Virus record (IMG/VR): IMGVR_UViG_3300043464_002149
DNA length: 64,000 nucleotides
Strand: one strand, 5' to 3'
Source: a virus
Lineage: Duplodnaviria > Caudoviricetes
Position numbers and translations under genes: made by a program
Notes under the pieces: model-generated
Told to the model about the DNA's origin: nothing
What the model saw: the letters and a program-made list of their open reading frames with translations, nothing else
Databases searched by the model: none
Part shown: positions 50,253 through 60,411 of the stretch, one piece after another
Layout of the letters: each line of letters begins with the position of its first letter
How positions within the stretch are numbered: position 1 is the stretch's first letter

Positions 50253-51365
50253 ATGAGTACTGTTATAAGCGCACCAGAAAAAGAAAAACTTTATAGTCAA
50301 ACATTACACCTTTTGGGTATGCCAGTAAGAGGTGTTGAGTTGACGGAAGAGCAAATGGACTCTTTTCTTGAATTATCTGTAAATGAATATGATCAACTAG
50401 TTAGTGATTGGTTAATAGAATCTCAATGGTCTTCTTTGGCTGGTTTAGATGTTGATACACAATCATTAACAAAGGCGTTTACAAATAGAGACATTAATTA
50501 CGAAACCCAATATACCTATTCCTATTCTAAAATCGTTGGTTTACAAGCCGGTGGATCTTGGGAATTGAAAAAAGATTATATAACCCTAAGTGGAAATACT
50601 CAAATATATGAAATCCCAGCCGGAAGAGAAATAAACGAATTATTATGGTTTACAAGAGCTGAATTAACAGACTCTATAGTTGACCCATTTTTAGGTGGTT
50701 TTGGTGGTCTTGGTGGTGTTGGTTTTGGTGGTGTGGGTGGTTTTGCTCAAATGGGGGCATCTGGTTCTTATTTCTTATTACCGGCATTCGATTTATTGTT
50801 AAGAATGCAAGATAGAAATATGAAAAACCGTTTAATTGGTGGTGATTTAACTTATAGAATTACTGCGGGCCCTAACGGTAAAAAATACATACACTTAATG
50901 AACGTTCCTGGTGGGAAATTTGATTTCGGTTCTATACAAACAAACAATAGAGTTTGGTATTGGTACTATGACACATTTGATAGGGACACATGTCTGAAAG
51001 AAAACAAAGATGTTGTTAAATTACCTTCAGATGTAATGACAGACGAACTTCAATGGGATGAATTGAATAAACCAGCACAAAACTGGGTAAGAAAATATCT
51101 AATGACTTACTGTAAAGAAGCATTAGGTAGAATTTATGGTAAATTCTCTGGAGATTTAAAAGTGCCAGATAGTGATGTTAAATTAGATTATTCATCATTA
51201 TTAACAGAAGCCAAAGACGAAAGACTTAAGCTTAATGAAGAATTAATGCAAAGACTAGAAAGACTTCGCCCAGATAAAATGCTTGAAAGAAAAGGGAATG
51301 AAGCTGAGAACCTTAATAAGGCTCTCAAGTTCAGACCAATGACAAATCCATTTAACGTTATCTAA
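50253..51365 (+). CDS. Neck / head-tail adaptor protein (T4 gp13-like)
   Basis: LGMPVRGVELTEEQ; WVRKY...KEALGRIYGKFSG; TATTTAT box at 50229..50235. Confidence 0.75.
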   Translation: MSTVISAPEKEKLYSQTLHLLGMPVRGVELTEEQMDSFLELSVNEYDQLVSDWLIESQWSSLAGLDVDTQSLTKAFTNRDINYETQYTYSYSKIVGLQAGGSWELKKDYITLSGNTQIYEIPAGREINELLWFTRAELTDSIVDPFLGGFGGLGGVGFGGVGGFAQMGASGSYFLLPAFDLLLRMQDRNMKNRLIGGDLTYRITAGPNGKKYIHLMNVPGGKFDFGSIQTNNRVWYWYYDTFDRDTCLKENKDVVKLPSDVMTDELQWDELNKPAQNWVRKYLMTYCKEALGRIYGKFSGDLKVPDSDVKLDYSSLLTEAKDERLKLNEELMQRLERLRPDKMLERKGNEAENLNKALKFRPMTNPFNVI

Positions 51366-54268
51366 TCTTCTATTGCCGCATGTAAAGCATAGTCGTGACC
51401 GTTCTTTTCAATTAGATCGTCTTCTTCATGTTTTTCTTTAACACTTTCAGCTTGAAATGAAACAACTTTTCTGTTGTACTCTACCCATTTTTGATCAACA
51501 TGTTTTAAACTATCTTCAACATACATAAAGAACGGATCTCTATTAATTCTATTCCAAAATAATACTTCACCATCAGATAAAGTCATTACTTCATCTAAAC
51601 TATCTTGCCCTTCTGCTTTTAAAGGAAATCCAGAAACTAATTCACATTGTTTCTTCGTGAAATAAACTCTATTAGATGGTTCATCAATTAAAATATCTTC
51701 TCTAATCTCTGGATTAAACACAACTAATAATGGTTCAATTCTTTTATTAAAATTGGTAATATAACGAGCAACATTATAATCACCAGTCATATCAGGATTA
51801 TTCATTAATTCACGTTCAGAAATCATGTAACAATTAATCTTGATGTAATCCGTTGGCATATTCTTACCATGAACCTCATAATATTCCTCTTGTTGCTTCT
51901 TTGTTGCTTTTGTAATTTTTTGAACATCCCCATCTGCTTTCTTAGTACCATTATTGACATAATATATGGTTTCACCAAGAGTTGCTGGATAATCTTTCTC
52001 AACAATTAATTCCATATGGGCTTGTCTAGCCATTGTTGCACCAGATTTTGTTAATTTCTTACAATGTTTTTTATAATCATCAACAGATTGTTTTACACGC
52101 GATTTATTTGCAATTTTTGCTAATGGTATTTCTTTATTATATAATTTTTCTATTGTTTCATAATAAAGATTTAAAAATTCAACACCATCACCATTAAGTA
52201 AATGTTTTAAACCTTCATCTAAAAATTCAACCACATATTGTTGTAGTTTTTTAGATTTAATTGTGTTACCAGTTAGTTTAATTTTTTCTTTACCCTTTTT
52301 AATTAATTTAATAATGTAATTTTTTCTTGATACGTTAATACAAGCTGGTGCATGATAATCAATATCAAGTCCCATTTCATTTCTCATGAATATATCATTG
52401 AATTCAGCGGTATCGGCATCGACACCAAAATATTCTTTACCCTTTTCAACTAATTCATTATTACCTAATCCAATATATCTGTGATCTGCAATATCTTCTG
52501 GTGTTTCAAAGTTTACACCATCAGTGTCCATAACGAGAGGTTTGTAACCTTTTTTCATGTAGAACATAATCATCATACGAAGACATTGACGACCAACACA
52601 TGTAATAGTTTCACCCATATTCATATCACCCCACGGAAATACTTGAGGTGCAGATAAAGAACCAAAATATGCGTTAATGAAAATTTTAATTGGTAATTGT
52701 TTTCTATCATACATTTCAGCTTGTACCGGATCTTTATCTTTTAAATCAGCGGCCAATCTTTTATATAAGATACGAATATTACGGAAGTATTTTAACATGG
52801 TTTTTTGTACTCCCATAATGTCACAATCTGGAAATACATCGTACACCAACTGAATTGATGGATATAGTGATGCATAGTCAAACTTAACAATATTTTTAGA
52901 ATACCCTACCGTCAATAATCTTGATAAACCTCCAGTAATACTTCTTTTTTCATCCTTAGCTGGTATTGCTAAATCGTTTTCAAACGACCAAGCTAACATG
53001 AGAATTTTCCAAAGAGTAGCGGTACCCATTGTTGCAATTCTTTCATATGTTGTTGGAATTACTTTTGATAATAAAAACGTTGATTGACTAAATGAATCAT
53101 CGACAACCATAGTTTCATATAAGTCATCATCTAGATATTGCTCAATGATTTTTCTACCTGGCCAAACCTCAAACTTACCAGGATATTTTTCTAACAACCC
53201 TTCAGTACCCGGCTCACCAATTTTTTTATAACCACCTGTTTTAGGGTTAATGTAGTATGATTCATTTTCTAAATATATTTTTGAAATGAAAGCACCATCA
53301 ACATACACACGATCCGGTTTTTCTTTTTCCAAATATTTGGTAATGTACTTCAAACCCCACGATTTGATTTCAGAATTAATTGCTTGTGCTCTACGAACAG
53401 AGTGTGCAATATCAACAATACTGAATCCCCATAAAACATACTGTGTAAACGGTTCTACTTCATTTGCCAATTTTAAAACACCCTCTTTGGTTTTAATACC
53501 ATCTGTGGTGAATATTTGTGTCAACTTTTTAATGTCTATACCTAAAATTTCAGCTCTTTTTAAAATAAATGGTAAGTCGAACGCAGCTGAGTTATAACCA
53601 CTTATGATTGTTGGTTTTAAATCTTTAATAACTTTAAAAAATTCTTCAATACATCTCTTTTCTCCATCCTCACCATATGCATCCAAAAGTTTTCTGTAAC
53701 CACGGTTATCCTTAATACCAATAAGAATTATGTTATTCTTTTCTGGCTCAAGACCCGTGGTCTCAATATCGAATACCATTCTGTGAACTTCATTATAATC
53801 CTCAATACCTTTAAATAATCTTTTTTTCTTCTGTATAAGATATTGTTCTACAGGTGTTAGTATAATAAATTGTGATTTAAACTTCTCCCCCCATGGATCG
53901 ATACCACCATCTTTAAAAAATCTTATAAGTTCCTGATATCCCTTAAGACTCTTAACCATGTATTTTAATCCGGCATCAAGTCTTTCATTATCACCCGTTT
54001 GTAACTTGGTACTTAAAATACCATATTCGCCCATCTTCTTTTTTTGAAGGGCTTTACTACCGCCATAAAAATTAAATTCACTTAAGTCTCCAGCCCACAG
54101 AAATGGTATAAAGGTGTCTTCTGTGACATACTTACCTCTTACTGGATCTTGTATAATTTTGTAGATTTTATTGTCTTTGTAATCATATTCAACACCGACA
54201 ATGTACTTCTCCGGATCGGAGCCATTCAAGAAGTCCTCGATAACTTCTTGAGAAATAATCTCTTGCAT
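51362..54268 (-). CDS. polB: Family B DNA polymerase with proofreading exonuclease
   Basis: ExoI FDIETTG, ExoII GYNSAAFDLPFI, motif A FDYASLYPSI, motif B KIFINAYFG, motif C MDTDG. ATG 54268 is preferred over GTG 54289. Confidence 0.95.
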   Translation of the reverse strand: MQEIISQEVIEDFLNGSDPEKYIVGVEYDYKDNKIYKIIQDPVRGKYVTEDTFIPFLWAGDLSEFNFYGGSKALQKKKMGEYGILSTKLQTGDNERLDAGLKYMVKSLKGYQELIRFFKDGGIDPWGEKFKSQFIILTPVEQYLIQKKKRLFKGIEDYNEVHRMVFDIETTGLEPEKNNIILIGIKDNRGYRKLLDAYGEDGEKRCIEEFFKVIKDLKPTIISGYNSAAFDLPFILKRAEILGIDIKKLTQIFTTDGIKTKEGVLKLANEVEPFTQYVLWGFSIVDIAHSVRRAQAINSEIKSWGLKYITKYLEKEKPDRVYVDGAFISKIYLENESYYINPKTGGYKKIGEPGTEGLLEKYPGKFEVWPGRKIIEQYLDDDLYETMVVDDSFSQSTFLLSKVIPTTYERIATMGTATLWKILMLAWSFENDLAIPAKDEKRSITGGLSRLLTVGYSKNIVKFDYASLYPSIQLVYDVFPDCDIMGVQKTMLKYFRNIRILYKRLAADLKDKDPVQAEMYDRKQLPIKIFINAYFGSLSAPQVFPWGDMNMGETITCVGRQCLRMMIMFYMKKGYKPLVMDTDGVNFETPEDIADHRYIGLGNNELVEKGKEYFGVDADTAEFNDIFMRNEMGLDIDYHAPACINVSRKNYIIKLIKKGKEKIKLTGNTIKSKKLQQYVVEFLDEGLKHLLNGDGVEFLNLYYETIEKLYNKEIPLAKIANKSRVKQSVDDYKKHCKKLTKSGATMARQAHMELIVEKDYPATLGETIYYVNNGTKKADGDVQKITKATKKQQEEYYEVHGKNMPTDYIKINCYMISERELMNNPDMTGDYNVARYITNFNKRIEPLLVVFNPEIREDILIDEPSNRVYFTKKQCELVSGFPLKAEGQDSLDEVMTLSDGEVLFWNRINRDPFFMYVEDSLKHVDQKWVEYNRKVVSFQAESVKEKHEEDDLIEKNGHDYALHAAIED

Positions 54269-54359
54269 ATTTTTAAATTTGAGTGACACATTAGCTTACG
54301 GATTAACCGTAGTTAGCCTTTACTCAGTAAAAATACGAAAATTTAATGAGAAAAAAAAA

Positions 54360-54728
54360 TTAAATAATGTTGATAAATAGTTTTTCCTTTACAGGGGTGA
54401 TAAGTTTTGTGGTTGGGTTGGAATTTGTATCTAAAAACTGCACAATAAATTTACCTTCAAACTTACCTATTTTTGATGTTTGAGCCTCAGTGAATCTATA
54501 TGTAATATAATATTCATCAGTGGTCTGATTGTATTTTTTAGTTCTTGTGGTTAACAATGCGGTACCATTTAAAATCTCTGGCTCACCGGTTTTATGATCA
54601 ACCATTTCAAATGTTATATCCGAATTCTCCAATAGATCATTGAACGACGACTTATCATTTTTGCCGTCGTCCACTAATCTCATCTTTAATATCGGGTCAG
54701 TTGCCCCTTGTCTGATAAAAAATTCCAT
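54360..54728 (-). CDS. BppU N-terminal-like baseplate protein
   Basis: MEFFIRQGATDP.LKMRL...YRFTEAQTSKIGKFEGKFIVQF matches the BppU-N/DUF2479 pattern. Confidence 0.6.
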   Translation of the reverse strand: MEFFIRQGATDPILKMRLVDDGKNDKSSFNDLLENSDITFEMVDHKTGEPEILNGTALLTTRTKKYNQTTDEYYITYRFTEAQTSKIGKFEGKFIVQFLDTNSNPTTKLITPVKEKLFINII

Positions 54729-54970
54729 TATTTAATTGTTAATAAAAATTGGTTTCCAGATTTAATTGGTGCAGTTTCACCTTCTTTCAATTCACGTGAC
54801 ATATAAAAGAATTGTTCTTTTACCACCTCAAATGGAAATTCAATTTCACCTTTAACCACACTCTTAATGTGTTCAATTGTTAACGGTTGGTCAACGTTGA
54901 AGGTTCTTTTATATCTTTTTAATTTCTTTTCGTTCTTAACGATTAAAACGTCTATATCTAATATTTTCAT
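54728..54970 (-). CDS. Small hypothetical protein
   Basis: 80-aa ORF with a 1-nt overlap with the downstream gene. Confidence 0.6.
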   Translation of the reverse strand: MKILDIDVLIVKNEKKLKRYKRTFNVDQPLTIEHIKSVVKGEIEFPFEVVKEQFFYMSRELKEGETAPIKSGNQFLLTIK

Positions 54971-54998
54971 AATCTATTTTATAATTTTTTTTTAATTA

Positions 54999-57098
54999 TT
55001 AATCGGTAAACCAGATGTAATCATTCTGTGTTGTTTCACCATCGTGGTCATCCATCATAACAGATGTTATTGTATCTTCACTAACTAAGAAAAACTTTTT
55101 AATTTCTTCAACTTGGAATACTACTGTAAATCTATCTTTTGCAGTATATACAGCATCCCAACTCGTATATTCTGTTGTGTAACTGTTTAATAATGTTCCT
55201 GTGAAATCATACAATCTTATTTTAATGTCACTATCTCCAGATTGATTATAAACCATCATAAACTTATCCACTCCAATAAAAAACGAGGCATTAAGATATT
55301 CAGGTACAATAAATTCTGAACTAATTCCACTATTGGTTAAAACTCTACCAGTTCCATTAGTTGATGACCTTAATAACATTACACTTGGTTCTTTGAACGT
55401 AGGTACAAAAAAACTGTTTGGAGTGTTGGTATTATTATAATAACCTGTTGAAGTAAATCCTGTACTACCACTGTAAACATAATATCCGTGTTGAACATTG
55501 TCACTTGTAACATAACTTAAATATGCTACGTCACCCTGGTAATTAAGATTATAAGTATAATTACCGTCTAATGTTGGATTTAAACTATCGAGAATTGTTC
55601 CATTTGCATCAGTTAAAAAGAAAAACCATTCAAGTCCATCATCAGTGGTAAAATATGATATTGACCTGTTCCCAATTGATTCGTCACTAAAACTTGTTAC
55701 TCCTGATACTGATTGATTAAAATCTGTAATTGTTACACCCGTGTTTGTAATTGATAACAAACCAAGAGTGTTACCCGTTGTTTCAATTCTAAACTTAATG
55801 TTATTACCGATGTCAGGGTTGGTTGTTATTAGTCTATTAGTACCATTTGTAACTACATATGTTGAAAATTGTGACTGACCATTTAACATATAAACAATGT
55901 CATAATGTGATCTTACCGATGTAAAATATTCTTCATTACTAGACACTGTTTTATAAAACGCAATCGAAACACTTCCATCAACAAAATCTTGAGGCCAAAA
56001 ACTATCATCACCTTCAAGGTCAACAGATGTGTAATTAACACCTCTAACGTGACTTGATAAAGTTAACGTTTCTGTTGTGTGATTATAATGAATTATTTTG
56101 TAATCGACACTATTGTCTTGAGAGTTCCAATAAACTACGCACATTTTATCTGTTCCAAGAAAAGTAAAATCTACAGAGGTATATGTTTCACCCGTAAGTG
56201 ATACAGTTTCTAAAATTTCACCGTCGGTGTTATAAATTTGTAAATTTGTGTATGTACTAATTTCACCCTGTAATCTAGTTTCAACAACAATAAAATCAGT
56301 TGATGGGGAAATCATATGGTCAACATATGTACCATCTTCCCAAGTCTTGAATGGGATAGTGGTACCATCGGATTTCATAATAATTGACACACCATCTCCA
56401 TTATGTGTCCATCCAGTTCCGGTTGGTACTTCCCATTCTTTTACAATAAAAGAATTATCACCCGTAACCGCTTCATAATCCCAATCAATATCGATATAAT
56501 GTGTTATGGGGTTCCAATCATAAGTGTATATCTCAGTACCGTTGAAATATTTTAATATCCCGTTATCTTCATCTTCAAATGTAATCCATTTACCATTTAA
56601 AGTACTAAAATTATATTCTTCAGTAGCGCCACTATATTGTCCAACTATGGCATTTGACGCATCTGTGAATACTATTAACCTTTCGTCCATATTGTCTATA
56701 CCTCTAAAAAGATAACCAAATCCAGATTCTGTCAATGGAAGAAGACCATCATTTTCCCAATAAGTTGAATCAACACCTAAGTTAATAACCTCGGCGGTGA
56801 AATCGTTAAAGTTTAATGTGGCAACACCATAGTTGTCTGAATTCCTCATTCTATTAGAATGAACAAATAGTTGTGAACTTAATACTGGTTCATCTACGGT
56901 CAACGTATATGTGTAATCATACTCTGGCAGGTATAAAGAATATACACCATACGGATGTGAGTTAATATTATTAAACGGAATCGTCTTAGTCCCAAGGTTT
57001 ACCGTGGTACCTGATGTTGTTCCTGTATATGGTGTGAATGTCACCGTTGCGGTTTTACCACTTAGATTTTCACTTAATATTCTTGCACCTATTGCCAT
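54999..57098 (-). CDS. Acidic beta-rich virion protein (possible beta-propeller)
   Basis: 699 aa; recurring [IL]Y[ND]x[DT]GxxL and DANG turns; TATTTATA box at 57120..57127. Confidence 0.6.
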   Translation of the reverse strand: MAIGARILSENLSGKTATVTFTPYTGTTSGTTVNLGTKTIPFNNINSHPYGVYSLYLPEYDYTYTLTVDEPVLSSQLFVHSNRMRNSDNYGVATLNFNDFTAEVINLGVDSTYWENDGLLPLTESGFGYLFRGIDNMDERLIVFTDASNAIVGQYSGATEEYNFSTLNGKWITFEDEDNGILKYFNGTEIYTYDWNPITHYIDIDWDYEAVTGDNSFIVKEWEVPTGTGWTHNGDGVSIIMKSDGTTIPFKTWEDGTYVDHMISPSTDFIVVETRLQGEISTYTNLQIYNTDGEILETVSLTGETYTSVDFTFLGTDKMCVVYWNSQDNSVDYKIIHYNHTTETLTLSSHVRGVNYTSVDLEGDDSFWPQDFVDGSVSIAFYKTVSSNEEYFTSVRSHYDIVYMLNGQSQFSTYVVTNGTNRLITTNPDIGNNIKFRIETTGNTLGLLSITNTGVTITDFNQSVSGVTSFSDESIGNRSISYFTTDDGLEWFFFLTDANGTILDSLNPTLDGNYTYNLNYQGDVAYLSYVTSDNVQHGYYVYSGSTGFTSTGYYNNTNTPNSFFVPTFKEPSVMLLRSSTNGTGRVLTNSGISSEFIVPEYLNASFFIGVDKFMMVYNQSGDSDIKIRLYDFTGTLLNSYTTEYTSWDAVYTAKDRFTVVFQVEEIKKFFLVSEDTITSVMMDDHDGETTQNDYIWFTD

Positions 57099-57161
57099 AG
57101 TTTGTTAATTTTTGTCTATTATAAATACTTTATTTTGTTGTATCTTTTATTATTTGTTATT

Positions 57162-59810
57162 TTATAGTCCATATTTTGATTTACTTGTATTGTAGTTACC
57201 CAAAACCTGAGATGCGGTCAATGCACTATTATACACTCTAACTATACCAACACTACCATTTAACCATTGAGGGAATTGACCACCGTTAAACGAACCAATA
57301 TATAATGGACTTGTGGTATTTTTAATACTATTAAATGTGTGTGAAGTACTTCCAATTAAACTACCATTAATATACAACGCTAAAGAATTTGTTGATACAT
57401 TTGTCCACACACCTACCACTTGATACCAAGTATTAATACTTAAAGTGGACGATGTTGATGTAACACCCGCAGAACCGTTTGCCATTTCCATATATGTATT
57501 ACCGTTGGAAAGAGTTCTCAAACCATACCCCCAATCCGCCGTATTACCACCATCAGTTTTTGCAATAAGAGTTCTAGTTGCTCCTGTAATTGTTGATTGA
57601 TTTACCCACATTTCTATTGACCAATCACCAGCTGTTGGTTCCAATATTGGATTGTCAGGAATTGAAATTTGTGAAGAGGTTCCGTTAAATGTAAAGTATG
57701 GTGATGTGAATGTTAAATTTGACATCGTTCCGTGCATACCCACACCACTTAAATCATTAATAGTTGTTCCGGTACCCGGATAAGATGATGTGTTAGATGG
57801 GTCATAATGTAAAATTAAACCATTTGTTGTGATACACGCAATAGTTATTGACTTCGCAATTATATTTGAAGGGTTTTCAGTTTCCCTTACAGCCACCCAA
57901 AACGTTCCACTTGATGCTGGAATTAATAAACCAGAGGCTCCACCAGTAATAGGTTGCCACGTAGATGCGTTAAGTGCAGCATTTTCTGTTGTAAACGTTC
58001 CATTACTATATTGGTAATTATTAGATGCCGAACCAACGAAATTACTAAATCTAATTGAACCATTATTTTCACAATTACCTGAAATTGAGAAATTTAATGG
58101 AGGTATGGTCGGTGTTACTGTAGGTGTGCTCGTTGCAGTCGGGGTCGGTGTACTCGTTTCAGTCGGGGTCGGTGTACTCGTTTCAGTCGGGGTCGGTGTA
58201 CTCGTTTCAGTCGGGGTCGGTGTACTCGTTTCAGTCGGGGTCGGTGTACTCGTTTCAGTCGGGGTCGGTGTTGGAGTGCTTGTTTCCGTAGGGGTCGGTG
58301 TTGGTGTACTCGTTGCCGTTGAAGTAGGGGTTGGGGTCGGTGTAGAACAAATCCAAGTAGTTACTGAACTATTATAGTTTTGTAAAACATCTGAAGATGA
58401 AATCGCACCATCCCATATTTCTAATCTACCAAATTTTAATGCAGAATATGAACCATCGCCTAAGTTTGTACTATCTGCGGTGCCTATTGCATAATATAAA
58501 CCATTACCACTTTGGTATGGTGCTTGTCTAACAACTGTTGATGAACCAGCACTTTGACCATTTACATATGCGGTTAAAGTTGTATTGTTCTGTACAAATC
58601 CAATATAGTACCAATTATTAAGAGGTGTCGATATTGATGATATTATTTCACTACCATATGGCCAAACACTAAACTTTAATGCTCCACTAACCATTTCAAT
58701 TTGTGAATCGTGCCAACCAATGTTTAAAACAGCACTACCTTGTTCACTCAATATTACACCATTATCTGTTAAATAAACCCAAAGAAATATAGATGTATCT
58801 GTAGAATCATAAAGTGTATTAATTGAGGTGTTGGTTAAAATATATTGACTGGTACCGTTCAACACTATTGACGAAGTACATCCATCATTTTGATATGATG
58901 GTGAACCAATTATACTTGCATTTGTGTTACCCAAAATGTCCGTAACCGTTGTTCCACTTCCAGAATATGATATTGAATCATTTATGTTTAAGTCAACAAT
59001 TTTGTTATATGGAACTATTGTCGGTGTTGGTGTCGGTGTTGGTGTACTCGTTGCAGTTGGTGTCGGTGTTGGTGTACTCGTTGCAGTTGGTGTTGGTGTA
59101 GGTGTACTTGTTGGGGTTGGTGATGGTTGTAATAATGAATAACTTAAATCGTTATTTGGTATTAATGTGTATGATAAATCTGTGTTTGGTATTAATGTAT
59201 AAGTAAAATCATTATTTGGAATAATGACATATAGTAAATCATTACCAGGAATAATCACATATGTGAAATCATTTTCTGGTATAGATGGTGTTACTGTTGG
59301 TGTTGGCGTTGCTGTAGGGGATGGGGTAGGTGTTGGTATTGAACAAGAAACATCACCACAATCTAAAACGACCCTTAAATCATCTAAATCATAATCAAAT
59401 TCTGAGCCTAAATCAAGACCTACAATTTCATAACATACACCATTTCCAAGACTATATATTATTCCTGTTAACCCACTTGTTAAACTTCTACCTATTTTAT
59501 TGTGTGTTTGATCACAATCCCTTAAAAAGTAATAATAATATGCTATTTGAGTTTCGGTTGGCGTCGGTGTAGGTGTCTCTGTTGCCGTTGGGGTTGGTGT
59601 AGAAGTCGCAGTTGGTGTTGGGGTCGGCGTTGGTGTTGCGGTATTTGTTGGTGTAGGTGTACTAGTAGCCGTAGGTGTGATAGTAAATGTAGGTGTAGGT
59701 GTTGGGGTAATAGTAAAAGTGGGTGTGGGGGTCGGTATGACTTGACCATCATTAGGTCTAACCACAAAAATTCTTGTTGCTCCAACTCTTGACGATATTT
59801 TACTAATCAT
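57162..59810 (-). CDS. Lectin-like tail/fibre protein with two LamG (ConA-like) domains and Thr-Pro linkers
   Basis: LNNWYYIGFV..N.TLTAYVNG...LEIWDGAISSSDVLQNY and INTWYQVVGVW...LALYING...GSVGIVRVYNSALTASQVLGNY. Confidence 0.85.
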   Translation of the reverse strand: MISKISSRVGATRIFVVRPNDGQVIPTPTPTFTITPTPTPTFTITPTATSTPTPTNTATPTPTPTPTATSTPTPTATETPTPTPTETQIAYYYYFLRDCDQTHNKIGRSLTSGLTGIIYSLGNGVCYEIVGLDLGSEFDYDLDDLRVVLDCGDVSCSIPTPTPSPTATPTPTVTPSIPENDFTYVIIPGNDLLYVIIPNNDFTYTLIPNTDLSYTLIPNNDLSYSLLQPSPTPTSTPTPTPTATSTPTPTPTATSTPTPTPTPTIVPYNKIVDLNINDSISYSGSGTTVTDILGNTNASIIGSPSYQNDGCTSSIVLNGTSQYILTNTSINTLYDSTDTSIFLWVYLTDNGVILSEQGSAVLNIGWHDSQIEMVSGALKFSVWPYGSEIISSISTPLNNWYYIGFVQNNTTLTAYVNGQSAGSSTVVRQAPYQSGNGLYYAIGTADSTNLGDGSYSALKFGRLEIWDGAISSSDVLQNYNSSVTTWICSTPTPTPTSTATSTPTPTPTETSTPTPTPTETSTPTPTETSTPTPTETSTPTPTETSTPTPTETSTPTPTATSTPTVTPTIPPLNFSISGNCENNGSIRFSNFVGSASNNYQYSNGTFTTENAALNASTWQPITGGASGLLIPASSGTFWVAVRETENPSNIIAKSITIACITTNGLILHYDPSNTSSYPGTGTTINDLSGVGMHGTMSNLTFTSPYFTFNGTSSQISIPDNPILEPTAGDWSIEMWVNQSTITGATRTLIAKTDGGNTADWGYGLRTLSNGNTYMEMANGSAGVTSTSSTLSINTWYQVVGVWTNVSTNSLALYINGSLIGSTSHTFNSIKNTTSPLYIGSFNGGQFPQWLNGSVGIVRVYNSALTASQVLGNYNTSKSKYGL
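58138..58270. repeat. Perfect 24-bp VNTR (about 5.5 copies) encoding TETSTPTP
   Basis: Unit gtcggggtcggtgtactcgtttca is identical at 58138, 58162, 58186, 58210 and 58234, with a partial sixth copy. Confidence 0.95.
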
Positions 59811-59816
59811 AATATA

Positions 59817-60398
59817 TTAACCAAATGTTGTAAACGTTCCTAAGATATTCCAAGATGATCCAACTCTAAGTGCTGTTAATCCTATTACATCAGTTTTATT
59901 TGAATTACCCACTGGTTGTTCATTATTTGCCCAACTAACAGTAACACTTTCATTATTTAATCTATATGAAGAAGCGATATATGGTGTTGATTCTTGTTTT
60001 ACTATAAATGTTAATGAAATTGCACTTAAATTTTCGGTTGGTACGTTTGATACATTATATGTGTTATTATTTAATGAATTTGTTAAATAATATACTGAAC
60101 CATCGTTATAATCAAATTCATATGTTGACGTTCCACCACTAACCTCAAGCACTATTTTTTCATTTACACTACCGATATTCAATGAACCACTAAAATTAAC
60201 ATTTTCTTGTACTGTTAAATTTCCATTTATAAATTGACTACCAGTGAAATGGTGTGATCCACTATCTACTAGTATTTGTCTAAGTTGATTTAAAGTGTGT
60301 TGATATGTTACCCCAGAATGAACAACGGGTGTTAATCCATTAAGCGGTAAACTTGCTAACGATCCGCTGGGTAATTGTGATATTTTTTTTCCTGCCAT
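59817..60398 (-). CDS. Tail-fibre-like protein
   Basis: N-terminal KKISQLP...PVVHSGVTYQ (fibre-attachment-like motif); C-terminal TDVIGLTALRVGSSWNILG. Confidence 0.6.
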   Translation of the reverse strand: MAGKKISQLPSGSLASLPLNGLTPVVHSGVTYQHTLNQLRQILVDSGSHHFTGSQFINGNLTVQENVNFSGSLNIGSVNEKIVLEVSGGTSTYEFDYNDGSVYYLTNSLNNNTYNVSNVPTENLSAISLTFIVKQESTPYIASSYRLNNESVTVSWANNEQPVGNSNKTDVIGLTALRVGSSWNILGTFTTFG

Positions 60399-60411
60399 TT
60401 AAATAAATATT

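Noticed and set aside
18793-54268. Inteins, group I introns or homing endonucleases in nrdA, nrdB, dnaB, recA or polB
   Set aside because: Lengths are normal and catalytic motifs are contiguous. No Cys...His-Asn intein ends and no LAGLIDADG, HNH or GIY-YIG ORFs were seen.
1418-60398. Diversity-generating retroelement acting on the fibre genes
   Set aside because: No reverse transcriptase and no TR/VR pair differing only at adenines is visible in the window.
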